Positions 18,470 through 26,183 of a DNA stretch of 32,767 nt are shown one piece after another. The notes below the pieces were generated by a model. That model searched no databases. It was not told the DNA's origin and was given only the letters and a program-made list of their open reading frames with translations. The first letter of the stretch is position 1. Every line of letters begins with the position of its first letter. The position numbers and the translations under genes were made by a program. Source of the DNA: a virus (lineage: Duplodnaviria; Caudoviricetes); the IMG/VR virus record IMGVR_UViG_3300020408_000021, positions 1 to 32,767 of that record. The stretch is one strand, 5' to 3'.

Positions 18470-18967
18470 ATGGCACTTACACGCATAAACAATCAGGCTC
18501 TTACCAACGTGACATCGGCTGGGCTACCTAATGTTGGTGTGTTGCAAGTAAAGCAAGCAGATTCTAATACTAAAATAATATTACAATCTGAAGTTTTTCA
18601 AGATGTTTTAACATTAAATATTACGCCGTCTGCAATAACCAGTAAATTTTTAATAACTACTTTTATAACTGGGTATTCGCAAGCGGCAAATGGTGGTGCA
18701 ATAAGAATTATGAGAGACTCTACTGAGATACTTGACCCAAACAATATGAATAGTAGCAATCAACATTATTTAACCTACTTGGGTAGCACAAGTTCTTATC
18801 CAACATATAATATATCTTATCTTGATACGCCTTCTACAACTTCTGCAATAACTTATAAAATACAAATGTGTCGTTATGGCGCGAATGGTGGAAGTGTGTG
18901 GTTTAATGGCGGCGGCAATAATCAAAGTAGCACATCTTCATTTAATGTTATGGAGATTGCAGGGTAA
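18470..18967 (+). CDS. Tail adhesin-like protein (165 aa)
   Basis: MALTRIN N-terminus; GVLQV...LNITPSAITSKF...DTPSTTSAITYK...EIAG head paralogous to the previous gene. Confidence 0.7.
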   Translation: MALTRINNQALTNVTSAGLPNVGVLQVKQADSNTKIILQSEVFQDVLTLNITPSAITSKFLITTFITGYSQAANGGAIRIMRDSTEILDPNNMNSSNQHYLTYLGSTSSYPTYNISYLDTPSTTSAITYKIQMCRYGANGGSVWFNGGGNNQSSTSSFNVMEIAG

Positions 18968-19197
18968 TGGAAATCTCAAGCATGATGTTCTGGAACATTT
19001 TACTTACGCTGGTAATCGCGCCAGCGTTATGGACGTTCCGTCAATTAATGAATGAAGTAAAACGCATAGATATCCTTCTCAACAGAACCAGAGAGGATTA
19101 CGCAACCAAGACAGAGTTGCGTGAAGACATGCGTCAAATCAATGAGGCTCTCCATCGAGTGGAAGATAAGTTAGACCGGGCGTTAAGCAAAAGCTAA
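18967..19197 (+). CDS. Small membrane-anchored coiled-coil protein (76 aa)
   Basis: One N-terminal hydrophobic helix then heptad-like helix (LHRVEDKLDR); TAATG overlap with upstream gene. Confidence 0.65.
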   Translation: MEISSMMFWNILLTLVIAPALWTFRQLMNEVKRIDILLNRTREDYATKTELREDMRQINEALHRVEDKLDRALSKS

Positions 19198-19215
19198 AAA
19201 AATTTTGCTGTCTTT

Positions 19216-19241
19216 TAGACACAGACAGACTGTGTTATAGT
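19216..19241 (+). promoter_or_regulatory. TAGACACAGACA motif plus extended -10 (TGnTATAGT)
   Basis: 12-mer at 19216-19227 identical to that at 11602; TG at 19233-19234 and TATAGT at 19236-19241; AAGGA RBS before ATG 19277. Confidence 0.45.
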
Positions 19242-19276
19242 TGTTTATGTCTATGACAAGAAAGGAATAAAGTCAC

Positions 19277-20611
19277 ATGTCTAAGGCAAGAGATTTAGCA
19301 GATGTAATTAGTGGCCAGCATAATTTACCGCTTGGTGCATTAGGTAATGCTGTACCTAGTGGAAGTATTACAACAGCTAAAATTGCCAATGATGCGGTGA
19401 ACGCATCTAAGATAGCTGACGGTGTGATAAGAGCGCAACATATTGCAGACGGACATGTAACAAGTGTTAAACTAGCGGCTGGTGCCGGTGGGATTGATTG
19501 GTCTTCATCTATACAGACAAGTGATTTTACAGCAGTAGCTGAAAAAGGATACTTTGTTGATTCTTCTGGTGGTGCAGTAACTGTTACACTTCCAGCATCT
19601 CCTTCGCAGGGAGATAAGGTTGTTATTGCTGATTATAAAGGCTCTGCCTCACCTACAAATAAGATAGTTTTAGATAGAAATGGAAGTAACATTAGAGGCT
19701 CTGCCACTAATTTTAACATTGTTTCAGCCAATGTGTCCGTTCAAGTAGTATATTCTAATGCTACAGAAGGATGGATAGCAACTTCATCAGCCAGTGATAA
19801 TGCTGGTGGTGGTTTTGCTAGGTTTATTAGTGTTGGAATGGTGCTAATTGCTGGCGGCGGTGGCGGTGCTGGTCGTTATTACGGCGGCGGCGGTGGTGCT
19901 GGCGGCATGTTAGAAAATGCCTCTCTTCAACTTTTATCAGGGTCAACTTACGCTATAGAGATAGGTGCGGGTGCCAGTGGTGGCGGTCCCAATACTGCCG
20001 GTGGGTTTGGTAATAATAGTACGCTCATAGGCACTGCTGTAAATCAAGCGGCTATTGGTGGTGGCTCTGGCGGTTCAACGGGGGCTGGTGGTGCTGGTGG
20101 CTCTGGCGGTGGCGCATATTCGGGCAGTGGTGGTGCTGGTACATCAGGACAGGGAAATGCTGGTGGCTCTGCATCAGGCGGCGGTGGCGGTGGGGGCGGC
20201 AAAGGCGAAGCTGGTAACACTGATGGCAACATGGCTGGTGGTGATGGAGCTAACCCAACAGTAACTGGGCTTACATCACTTGGCCCGTTTGCTGGCGGTG
20301 GCGGTGGAGCTATGAACGCTAACATAGCATACGCTATCGGCCAAGGCGGCACAGGTGGTGGCGGTAATGGAGCGGCTGACTATCTTGGAGGTGCGGTACA
20401 AGCTGTTGCTGGAACTGTAAACACTGGTGGCGGTGGTGGTGCTGGCTGTTGGAGTAATACACCAAATGGAAAAAATGGTGGTTCTGGCAGATGTATACTT
20501 ATTCTTCCTACCGCAGATTATACCGGAATAACTACAGGTTCACCAACCATAACGACATCAGGAAGTAATACCATCATTACCTTTCTGTCTGCTGGTTCAT
20601 ATACTGCGTAG
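19277..20611 (+). CDS. Glycine-rich tail fibre protein (444 aa)
   Basis: MSKARDLAD start, KIAxxAV repeats, TVTLPASPSQGD domain, polyglycine motifs (IAGGGGG...GGGGGAGG; NTGGGGG...GGSG). Confidence 0.75.
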   Translation: MSKARDLADVISGQHNLPLGALGNAVPSGSITTAKIANDAVNASKIADGVIRAQHIADGHVTSVKLAAGAGGIDWSSSIQTSDFTAVAEKGYFVDSSGGAVTVTLPASPSQGDKVVIADYKGSASPTNKIVLDRNGSNIRGSATNFNIVSANVSVQVVYSNATEGWIATSSASDNAGGGFARFISVGMVLIAGGGGGAGRYYGGGGGAGGMLENASLQLLSGSTYAIEIGAGASGGGPNTAGGFGNNSTLIGTAVNQAAIGGGSGGSTGAGGAGGSGGGAYSGSGGAGTSGQGNAGGSASGGGGGGGGKGEAGNTDGNMAGGDGANPTVTGLTSLGPFAGGGGGAMNANIAYAIGQGGTGGGGNGAADYLGGAVQAVAGTVNTGGGGGAGCWSNTPNGKNGGSGRCILILPTADYTGITTGSPTITTSGSNTIITFLSAGSYTA

Positions 20612-20620
20612 GAGAAAGTA

Positions 20621-20962
20621 ATGGCACATTATGCAAAAGTACTGAATGGCGTTGTTACTAGGGTAATTGTAGCAGACCAAGACTTTATAGATAATATGGT
20701 AGAGCAAGAAGCTGGCGAGTGGCTTCAAACTTCTTACAACACTGTAGGTGGCGAACATCTTAATGGTGGAACTCCACTAAGAAAAAACTATGCCGGTGTT
20801 GGTTTTACATATGATGCAGAAAGAGATGCGTTTATTCCGCCACAACCCTATGCATCTTGGAAACTTGATGAAACTTCTTGTACATGGCAACCACCCACTC
20901 CTCATCCAGATGATGGGCTTTATCGTTGGGATGAAGAAACAACTAGCTGGGTAGCGGAGTAA
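20621..20962 (+). CDS. Conserved phage protein following Gly-rich fibre, probable fibre chaperone (113 aa)
   Basis: MAHYAK...WLQTSYNT...LRKNYAGVGFTYD..RDAFIPPQPYASW pattern; GGAG RBS. Confidence 0.7.
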   Translation: MAHYAKVLNGVVTRVIVADQDFIDNMVEQEAGEWLQTSYNTVGGEHLNGGTPLRKNYAGVGFTYDAERDAFIPPQPYASWKLDETSCTWQPPTPHPDDGLYRWDEETTSWVAE

Positions 20963-20967
20963 GTAAT

Positions 20968-21303
20968 ATGGCTAAGAAACCAAAACTTACCAGAACAAAG
21001 TCCGGCGTGGTGTACAGAGGTGAACGCTTCCCCGGCGTGAATAAACCTAAACGTGCGCCATCATCCAGCAAGAAGAAGATGAGGGTCCTCGCAAAAGAGG
21101 GCGACAAGATGCGTGTAATTGAGTTTGGAGCAAAGGGTTACGGACATAACTACAGTGCCGGTGCTAGAGCCAACTTCAAGGCTAGACACAACTGTAAGAC
21201 AGCTACGTCAAAACTAACGGCTCGTTACTGGTCCTGTAAAAAATTATGGGCTGGTCCGGGCGGTAGTAAAAAGGCACCGCCCAAAGGCTCTAGGAGAAAG
21301 TAA
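20968..21303 (+). CDS. Basic hypothetical protein (DUF6321-like, 111 aa)
   Basis: NKPKR...VLAKEG...FG...ARANFKARHNC...TARYWSC..W motif. Confidence 0.65.
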   Translation: MAKKPKLTRTKSGVVYRGERFPGVNKPKRAPSSSKKKMRVLAKEGDKMRVIEFGAKGYGHNYSAGARANFKARHNCKTATSKLTARYWSCKKLWAGPGGSKKAPPKGSRRK

Positions 21304-21506
21304 TGTTTTATGCATCTGTTTTCTTTTGTTGGGTAGCTTTTGAGGGGCCTCAATGTTTGGTAGCGCAAGATACTGAAGGACCTTATGTCGAACGAGAACA
21401 GTGCGAAACAAGATTAAGAGAAATGGAATTTACAATTCATTCACAGATACCGATGTCCACCGTGAGAGCAAAACTCTGTGAACAATTAAAAGAAGGAAAT
21501 GTCTGA
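21303..21506 (+). CDS. Small Cys-containing hypothetical protein (67 aa)
   Basis: TAATG overlap; four Cys; D..GPY....C..R pattern. Confidence 0.6.
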   Translation: MFYASVFFCWVAFEGPQCLVAQDTEGPYVEREQCETRLREMEFTIHSQIPMSTVRAKLCEQLKEGNV

Positions 21507-21509
21507 AAG

Positions 21510-21941
21510 ATGAAACAACGGTCTAAGACAGAATACATCGTTATCCACTGTGCCGACACCTATGAAACTATGGACATAGGCGCGGAAGATATTCGCAAAT
21601 GGCATGTCGAAGAGCGTGGATGGTCAGACATTGGATATCACAAAGTCATTCGCCGGGACGGTACTGTTGAGACAGGACGAGACATAGACGTGTCTGGCGC
21701 ACACGCCGCTGGTTATAACTCTGTGTCTGTAGGCATATGTCTAGTTGGCGGCAGAGGACAAGATGATGAGGCTGAAGATAACTTCACGCCACAACAATGG
21801 GAAAGTCTGGAAGGACTAGTAGACGAATTACAAGCTAGTTACCCAGATGCAGAGGTCCTTGGGCATAGGGATTTACCAGATGTACAGAAGCAATGCCCCG
21901 CATTTGATGTGCGTAGTTGGCTGTACTCAACCCGACAATGA
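21510..21941 (+). CDS. N-acetylmuramoyl-L-alanine amidase endolysin (T7 lysozyme-like)
   Basis: IVIHCA, GWSDIGYH, GAHAAGYN, SVGICLVGG, GHRD, K.CPAF: zinc amidase_2 motifs. Confidence 0.95.
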   Translation: MKQRSKTEYIVIHCADTYETMDIGAEDIRKWHVEERGWSDIGYHKVIRRDGTVETGRDIDVSGAHAAGYNSVSVGICLVGGRGQDDEAEDNFTPQQWESLEGLVDELQASYPDAEVLGHRDLPDVQKQCPAFDVRSWLYSTRQ

Positions 21942-21950
21942 GGTGAAGTC

Positions 21951-21995
21951 ATGATGAAGAAAAAAGGTAAAGGCAAGGGCGGTAAACGCTACTAA
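21951..21995 (+). CDS. 14-aa basic micro-peptide MMKKKGKGKGGKRY (not in ORF track)
   Basis: GAGGTG RBS before ATG 21951; fills the gap between amidase and next gene. Confidence 0.55.
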   Translation: MMKKKGKGKGGKRY

Positions 21996-22011
21996 TTAGA
22001 AGGAGATTGTT

Positions 22012-22227
22012 ATGCCGAGAGGACCCGGAACATATGGTTCAAAGATGGGAAGACCCCCATCAAAAGCAAAGAAAGCTAAAGGTCTGACCGACAGACAAAA
22101 AGCTACCTTAAAAAAACATAAGGTTCATCACACAGCAAAGCACATGAAAATGATGCGTGAGTTAATGATGAATGGAATGTCATTTACGCAAGCACATAAG
22201 AAAGCGATGTCAAAAGTTGGCAAGTAA
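22012..22227 (+). CDS. Small basic hypothetical protein (71 aa)
   Basis: AAGGAG RBS; MPRGPGTYGSKMGRPP...HKVHHTAKHMKMM...G.SFTQAH. Confidence 0.75.
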   Translation: MPRGPGTYGSKMGRPPSKAKKAKGLTDRQKATLKKHKVHHTAKHMKMMRELMMNGMSFTQAHKKAMSKVGK

Positions 22228-22234
22228 AAAGAAA

Positions 22235-22396
22235 ATGAAGCGGCCAAATAAAATATGCGCGGCGGGTATCGCTTGGGCAAAGCGAACCTTTGACCGGTAT
22301 CCGTCAGCGTATGCAAACATGGCCGCTTCTAAATATTGCAAGGACCCTAACTATGCCAAAGGCGCGAAAGGCAAGAAGCGCAAGAGGAAAAAGTAA
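22235..22396 (+). CDS. Small basic hypothetical protein (about 53 aa; start may be TTG 22217)
   Basis: AKRTFDRYPSAYAN..ASKYCK motif; the track start at 22172 overlaps the previous gene, so a downstream start is preferred. Confidence 0.65.
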   Translation: MKRPNKICAAGIAWAKRTFDRYPSAYANMAASKYCKDPNYAKGAKGKKRKRKK

Positions 22397-22659
22397 TGGG
22401 TGAATTAAAGAAATGGGTGAAGCAGAAATGGGTGCGTATCGGAACTGATGGCAGTATCAAGGGTGCGTGTGGCACATCAAAGAACAAGAAGAACCCAGAC
22501 CGTTGTCTACCACTCGCGAAAGCTAGGAGCCTTACAAAGGCACAGAGAGCGGCAACAGCAAAAAAGAAGAAGGCTTCAGGCAAAAGAAAACAGTTTGTGC
22601 GAAACACTCCAGCCGCGAAGGTTTCGTCTAAGAAGGGCAGAAAGAAGAGAAAGGGCTAA
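22396..22659 (+). CDS. Small basic hypothetical protein (87 aa, DUF5872-like)
   Basis: L..W..QKWV...CG...CLP.AKA.SLT..QR motif; TAATG overlap. Confidence 0.7.
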   Translation: MGELKKWVKQKWVRIGTDGSIKGACGTSKNKKNPDRCLPLAKARSLTKAQRAATAKKKKASGKRKQFVRNTPAAKVSSKKGRKKRKG

Positions 22660-22681
22660 TGTTCAACCTTGGGAATAAGAT

Positions 22682-23134
22682 ATGGACCCGATTACAATCG
22701 CTACCGCCGCATTCGCCGCGATTAAAACTGGTGTTAGTGTGGGAAAAGATTTGCAGTCGCTTGCTGGAGATATCGGTAAGCTCTGGGGAGCTATTGACCA
22801 AATTAAGGACGAACATAATTCAGAAAAATCAAAACGCCGTGGCTCTGTTGAAGAAGAAGCTCTGCGTACTTTTATGGCTAAGAAAAAAGCTGAAGACATG
22901 GAAGATGCCCTTCGCCAAATAATATATGCCACACGCGGCATTAATGGTTGGAATGAACTGGTTAGGCTCAGAGCGCAGATAAGAAAAGAAAGATTAGAAG
23001 AGAAGCACCGCCAACAAAAGAAAGCGGAAGAAATAAAAGAAATTATAGTGGCCGGTGTACTGGTCACAATTTTTACCAGCATGCTGTGTTTCTTTGCATG
23101 GTTTGTTTGGGAAGCAAAAAAAGCTAGAGGTTAA
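22682..23134 (+). CDS. Membrane-anchored coiled-coil protein (150 aa)
   Basis: MDPITIATAAFAAIK start, charged helix, C-terminal TM segment. Confidence 0.7.
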   Translation: MDPITIATAAFAAIKTGVSVGKDLQSLAGDIGKLWGAIDQIKDEHNSEKSKRRGSVEEEALRTFMAKKKAEDMEDALRQIIYATRGINGWNELVRLRAQIRKERLEEKHRQQKKAEEIKEIIVAGVLVTIFTSMLCFFAWFVWEAKKARG

Positions 23135-23135
23135 C

Positions 23136-23645
23136 ATGGATATTTGGAAAACCGCTAAAGAAGTTCTGGGTGTTGTGGCACCTACTATTGGCACCGCTTT
23201 GGGTGGGCCGATGGGTGGCGTAGCCGCACGGACTTTGGCTACGTCATTGTTAGGCAAGTCTGATGCGACTGAGCAAGAGATTATCTCTGCGGTAACGGGC
23301 GCATCCCCGGAACAGTTAGCCATGTTGAAAAATGCAGAGCTTGAGTTTCAGACAGAAATGAAAAAGCTAGACATAGACCTCGCAAGAATAAACATGCAAG
23401 ACCGAGACAGTGCTAGACGTAGACAGGCAGAGATGGGTGATCATGTGCCGTCTGTGCTGGCTATCATGACCCTCGTATCTTTCTTTGGCTACATTGGTGC
23501 CGTCACATTCTGGCCCGGCGGTATTGATGCAGATATAGGATTTATTAACATTGCAGTAGGTTGGCTTGGCGGGACAGCGTCAACAGTCGTGGCTTACTAC
23601 TTTGGTTCAAGTGCAGACAACAGTCCGAAGAAGGGAAATAAATAA
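23136..23645 (+). CDS. Putative holin (3TM/GTA-holin-like)
   Basis: Start refined to ATG 23136 (GAGG RBS); APTIGTALGGP, DRDSARRR, two C-terminal TMs ending YYFGSS. Confidence 0.7.
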   Translation: MDIWKTAKEVLGVVAPTIGTALGGPMGGVAARTLATSLLGKSDATEQEIISAVTGASPEQLAMLKNAELEFQTEMKKLDIDLARINMQDRDSARRRQAEMGDHVPSVLAIMTLVSFFGYIGAVTFWPGGIDADIGFINIAVGWLGGTASTVVAYYFGSSADNSPKKGNK

Positions 23646-23971
23646 TGGACATGACAGAGTATCAGGAAGATGCCATTGAGACAGCAATCTATCCAGACAA
23701 GGCGAAGATACTGTACCCAACACTGGGTTTGGTAGGTGAAGCTGGCGAGGTAGCAGAGAAGGTAAAGAAAGTTATTAGAGATGAAGGCGGCGTATTCACA
23801 GAAGAAAAAAAAGTCGAGCTTGCAAAAGAGCTTGGTGACGTACTGTGGTATATCGCAAACCTTGCGGCAGACCTAGACATGGAACTTAACCTGATTGCCA
23901 CTATGAACCTAGACAAGCTGGCATCAAGAGCGGAGCGCAATAAACTATCCGGGTCCGGGGACAACAGATAA
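23645..23971 (+). CDS. mazG: MazG-like nucleoside triphosphate pyrophosphohydrolase
   Basis: LGLVGEAGEVAEKVKK...KELGDVLWY...N..KL..R...L.GSGDNR. Confidence 0.92.
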   Translation: MDMTEYQEDAIETAIYPDKAKILYPTLGLVGEAGEVAEKVKKVIRDEGGVFTEEKKVELAKELGDVLWYIANLAADLDMELNLIATMNLDKLASRAERNKLSGSGDNR

Positions 23972-24678
23972 TGGCAAACTTTCAACAAGCATCCACCTTC
24001 CTACGTTCACTAGGCCGCGCCGCATTACCTGATGCTATGCGTTCAGAAAAATATACCGAAGATGATTTCAACGAAGGTATGATGCGTGTGCTGACAGACT
24101 TTGTTCAAGCAAACTATGCTGGTAAAAAACCCGGCACATATGGTGTGGACTACCCTGCCCTGAACAGATACTTCAAAGAAGGTAACGTAGTCACAGGCAA
24201 AGGTAGTAAGTTCTCAGACGTTGGTGCGCTGAAGACAGTGTTAGGTCAGTTTGATGTCAAGGTGAATGAAGACGGTTCTTTCACTATCTTGGATGACTAT
24301 AACTTTAATCAACAGGATGAGTTTGGTAATCCGATGGCTCGGCAAGCTACTATGGGTGATGTGTTCAGCCGGTTGAACCCTATGCAAGATTATAGAGGCG
24401 GCTTTACTGACCGCCTCTATGGTGCCGCTCGTATGCTTGGCGGCGTTGTTTTACCTGAAGGTGGTTCTAATTCAATCCCAATTGAAATTAGTATACCTTC
24501 GCAAGCAATGCCGGTATCCACTCAGCCAGCAACTGCATCAGTAACAGGACCTCTTTCTCGACCATCTCAACCTTCTTTCGGAGACTTGACAGCTATGATT
24601 GCTGAAGCCGCCGAGCAGTCGCTTCAACGGAAGAAAGAGGCAAGTGTGGGACCCAATATGGGGTTGCCGCTTGGCTAA
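23971..24678 (+). CDS. Hypothetical protein (235 aa)
   Basis: TAATG overlap with mazG; globular region with LGQF...DDYNFN, P/S-rich tail. Confidence 0.7.
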   Translation: MANFQQASTFLRSLGRAALPDAMRSEKYTEDDFNEGMMRVLTDFVQANYAGKKPGTYGVDYPALNRYFKEGNVVTGKGSKFSDVGALKTVLGQFDVKVNEDGSFTILDDYNFNQQDEFGNPMARQATMGDVFSRLNPMQDYRGGFTDRLYGAARMLGGVVLPEGGSNSIPIEISIPSQAMPVSTQPATASVTGPLSRPSQPSFGDLTAMIAEAAEQSLQRKKEASVGPNMGLPLG

Positions 24679-24868
24679 GTTTGTGCTGTTTAATCTTGTG
24701 TCTAAGCCTTAGAATATAATAGCACATGCAGACAAACACCAACGGTTCAATGATGACAAAAATCCATATGTTGATTTCATTGTATGTCATCCCGATGTGC
24801 TGTGCCATCACGTTTAGCAAATAGACGCACTGATTAAACGTCCAATCCATTAGTTCATTATAAGTCAT
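24593..24868 (-). CDS. Small membrane protein next to attP (91 aa)
   Basis: AAGG RBS; FNQCVYLL...GMTYNEINIWIFVIIEP hydrophobic pattern; AT-rich; tail overlaps the convergent gene. Confidence 0.65.
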   Translation of the reverse strand: MTYNELMDWTFNQCVYLLNVMAQHIGMTYNEINIWIFVIIEPLVFVCMCYYILRLRHKIKQHKLSQAATPYWVPHLPLSSVEATARRLQQS

Positions 24869-24885
24869 TTAACTGCCTTTCTGTC

Positions 24886-25126
24886 TGTGTCACATTGTGT
24901 GTCACATCAGACTGCGAAATCTGCGAAATCTGTGTGACACACAAGTTTTTACCCACTTTGGGTAGAACAGTTAAGTCATTGACTTTACTAACAAATATGG
25001 CAGGAGTGACAGGACTTGAACCTGCAACACCCGGTTTTGGAGACCCATGCTTTATTAGTAATGTATTAATCATATCAATAACTTAACCAACAGAGACCGG
25101 TGAGTGTGTCAGTCCCTGTGTCATAC
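24886..25126. other. attP region: arm-type repeats, IHF-like sites and tRNA-Trp core
   Basis: TGTGTCA repeats at 24886, 24898, 25105, 25117 (each pair 12 bp apart) and an inverted copy near 24932-24941; tandem CTGCGAAAT 24912-24929; IHF consensus TATCAATAACTTA 25073-25085 and near match 24972-24984. Confidence 0.85.
24998..25045 (-). other. att core: 3' half of tRNA-Trp(CCA), not a complete tRNA gene
   Basis: Minus strand reads GGT-CTCCAAA-ACCGGGTGTT-GCAGG-TTCAAGT-CCTGT-CACTCCT-G-CCA (anticodon loop, T-arm, 3' acceptor strand, CCA); no D-arm or 5' acceptor strand upstream; 37 bp from integrase stop. Confidence 0.92.
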
Positions 25127-26183
25127 CTTTGATTGCGTCATGCAAAGCAGAAGGTAATATGTGTGCATATTTCTGTGTAATCGAAATATCAGAGTGGCCT
25201 AATATTTCCGACACATATTCTATGCGAAGTCCATTTGCGAGAGCGTGTGTGGCAAACGTATGCCGCAAATCATGCCAGACAAAGTCCGTTATTTTAGTGT
25301 TGTCTAGACACGTCTCCCAAGCTGTGCGATTGCTAAGAACCCGGTCACCCGTGTCCTTGTTGTAGAACACAAAACCACGAAGACAACGAGGTTGTGTTGC
25401 CAGTGTCTCCATAATTTTTGTGGCCTCATCCGTCAAAGGCACCACTCTATATTTACCGTTCTTAGAAATTTCTTTGGGTATAATTATCTCCTTGCCTTTG
25501 GCAGTACTCCGGTAGTGTTCCCACTTCATGCTGAACTGTTCGTTCCACCGCAAGCCAGTATGAACAGCAAACTTTATCTGAAGATATAGGTCTTTGCTGT
25601 CGGACTTTGTTGCCATTGATAACAGGTGGTCCAGTTCATTTTCTGTGAGGTAACGGATACGGTCTTCACTGTCCTTTAGCTGACGGGTATCAAAGTTTGC
25701 CACAGGATTAAACTTCACACGGTCAGGCTCTTCACTTACCCACCACACAAACATCTTACTCAATAGCCGGATGTCACGAAGAATGGTTGCATCCGTGACA
25801 CCTTGTTCCCTGCGATAGTAGACGTATTCTTTAATATCCCTAGTAGTTATCTGGGATAGTGTGGTGGCAGAAAAGAAAGGTGATAGTTTTTTACTGCTAG
25901 TAAAATACCGGTCTGCCGTGCTTTCTTTGACGGCTCGTTGGGTAAATAAAGTCTGTCCGTTTTCAAGTGAAAGACCACAGTATTCTTTTAAGAACACTAG
26001 CATGGCCTGTGCATAAGAAACATCAGAGGCTTGCTTCTTTTGTTCCTCAATAGTTTCTAATCGTAACTTCGCCGCGAGACGCTCCGCTTCCCGTTTAGAA
26101 GTTGCTTCAGTTGCTCTTCTGTATTTAACGCCCTCAATGAAGAACTGGGCGTACCAAGTTTTACCACGTTTGAACGCTGACAT
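25083..26183 (-). CDS. int: Tyrosine recombinase / phage integrase
   Basis: TGLRWNE (R), KNGK (K), HDLRH (HxxR), LGH, QKY (Y); N-terminal arm-binding segment. Confidence 0.97.
   Translation of the reverse strand: MSAFKRGKTWYAQFFIEGVKYRRATEATSKREAERLAAKLRLETIEEQKKQASDVSYAQAMLVFLKEYCGLSLENGQTLFTQRAVKESTADRYFTSSKKLSPFFSATTLSQITTRDIKEYVYYRREQGVTDATILRDIRLLSKMFVWWVSEEPDRVKFNPVANFDTRQLKDSEDRIRYLTENELDHLLSMATKSDSKDLYLQIKFAVHTGLRWNEQFSMKWEHYRSTAKGKEIIIPKEISKNGKYRVVPLTDEATKIMETLATQPRCLRGFVFYNKDTGDRVLSNRTAWETCLDNTKITDFVWHDLRHTFATHALANGLRIEYVSEILGHSDISITQKYAHILPSALHDAIKGMTQGLTHSPVSVG

Noticed and set aside
14341-18967. Diversity-generating retroelement or invertase shufflon acting on the adhesin genes
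   Set aside because: No reverse transcriptase or invertase in the window, all genes are co-oriented, and paralogues are too diverged for a TR/VR pair differing only at adenines
19186-19216. Intrinsic terminator AGCAAAA...TTTTGCT
   Set aside because: AT-rich weak stem with a 10-nt loop and an interrupted U tract; insufficient support
19850-20450. GGC/GGT tandem repeats as a DNA repeat element
   Set aside because: Simply encode polyglycine motifs of the Gly-rich fibre
22659-22922. 87-aa alternative-frame ORF with TAATG coupling
   Set aside because: Almost entirely overlaps the more convincing 150-aa gene at 22682 and has no recognisable features; cannot be fully excluded
24998-25075. Complete phage tRNA-Trp gene
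   Set aside because: Sequence 5' of the anticodon arm is AT-rich with no D-arm and no AGGAGTG acceptor strand; only the 3' half is present, so it is called an att core
24858-25086. Short ORFs across the att region (24858..25073 -, 24895..25086 +)
   Set aside because: Explained by tRNA-derived and repeat sequence; they would be split on integration
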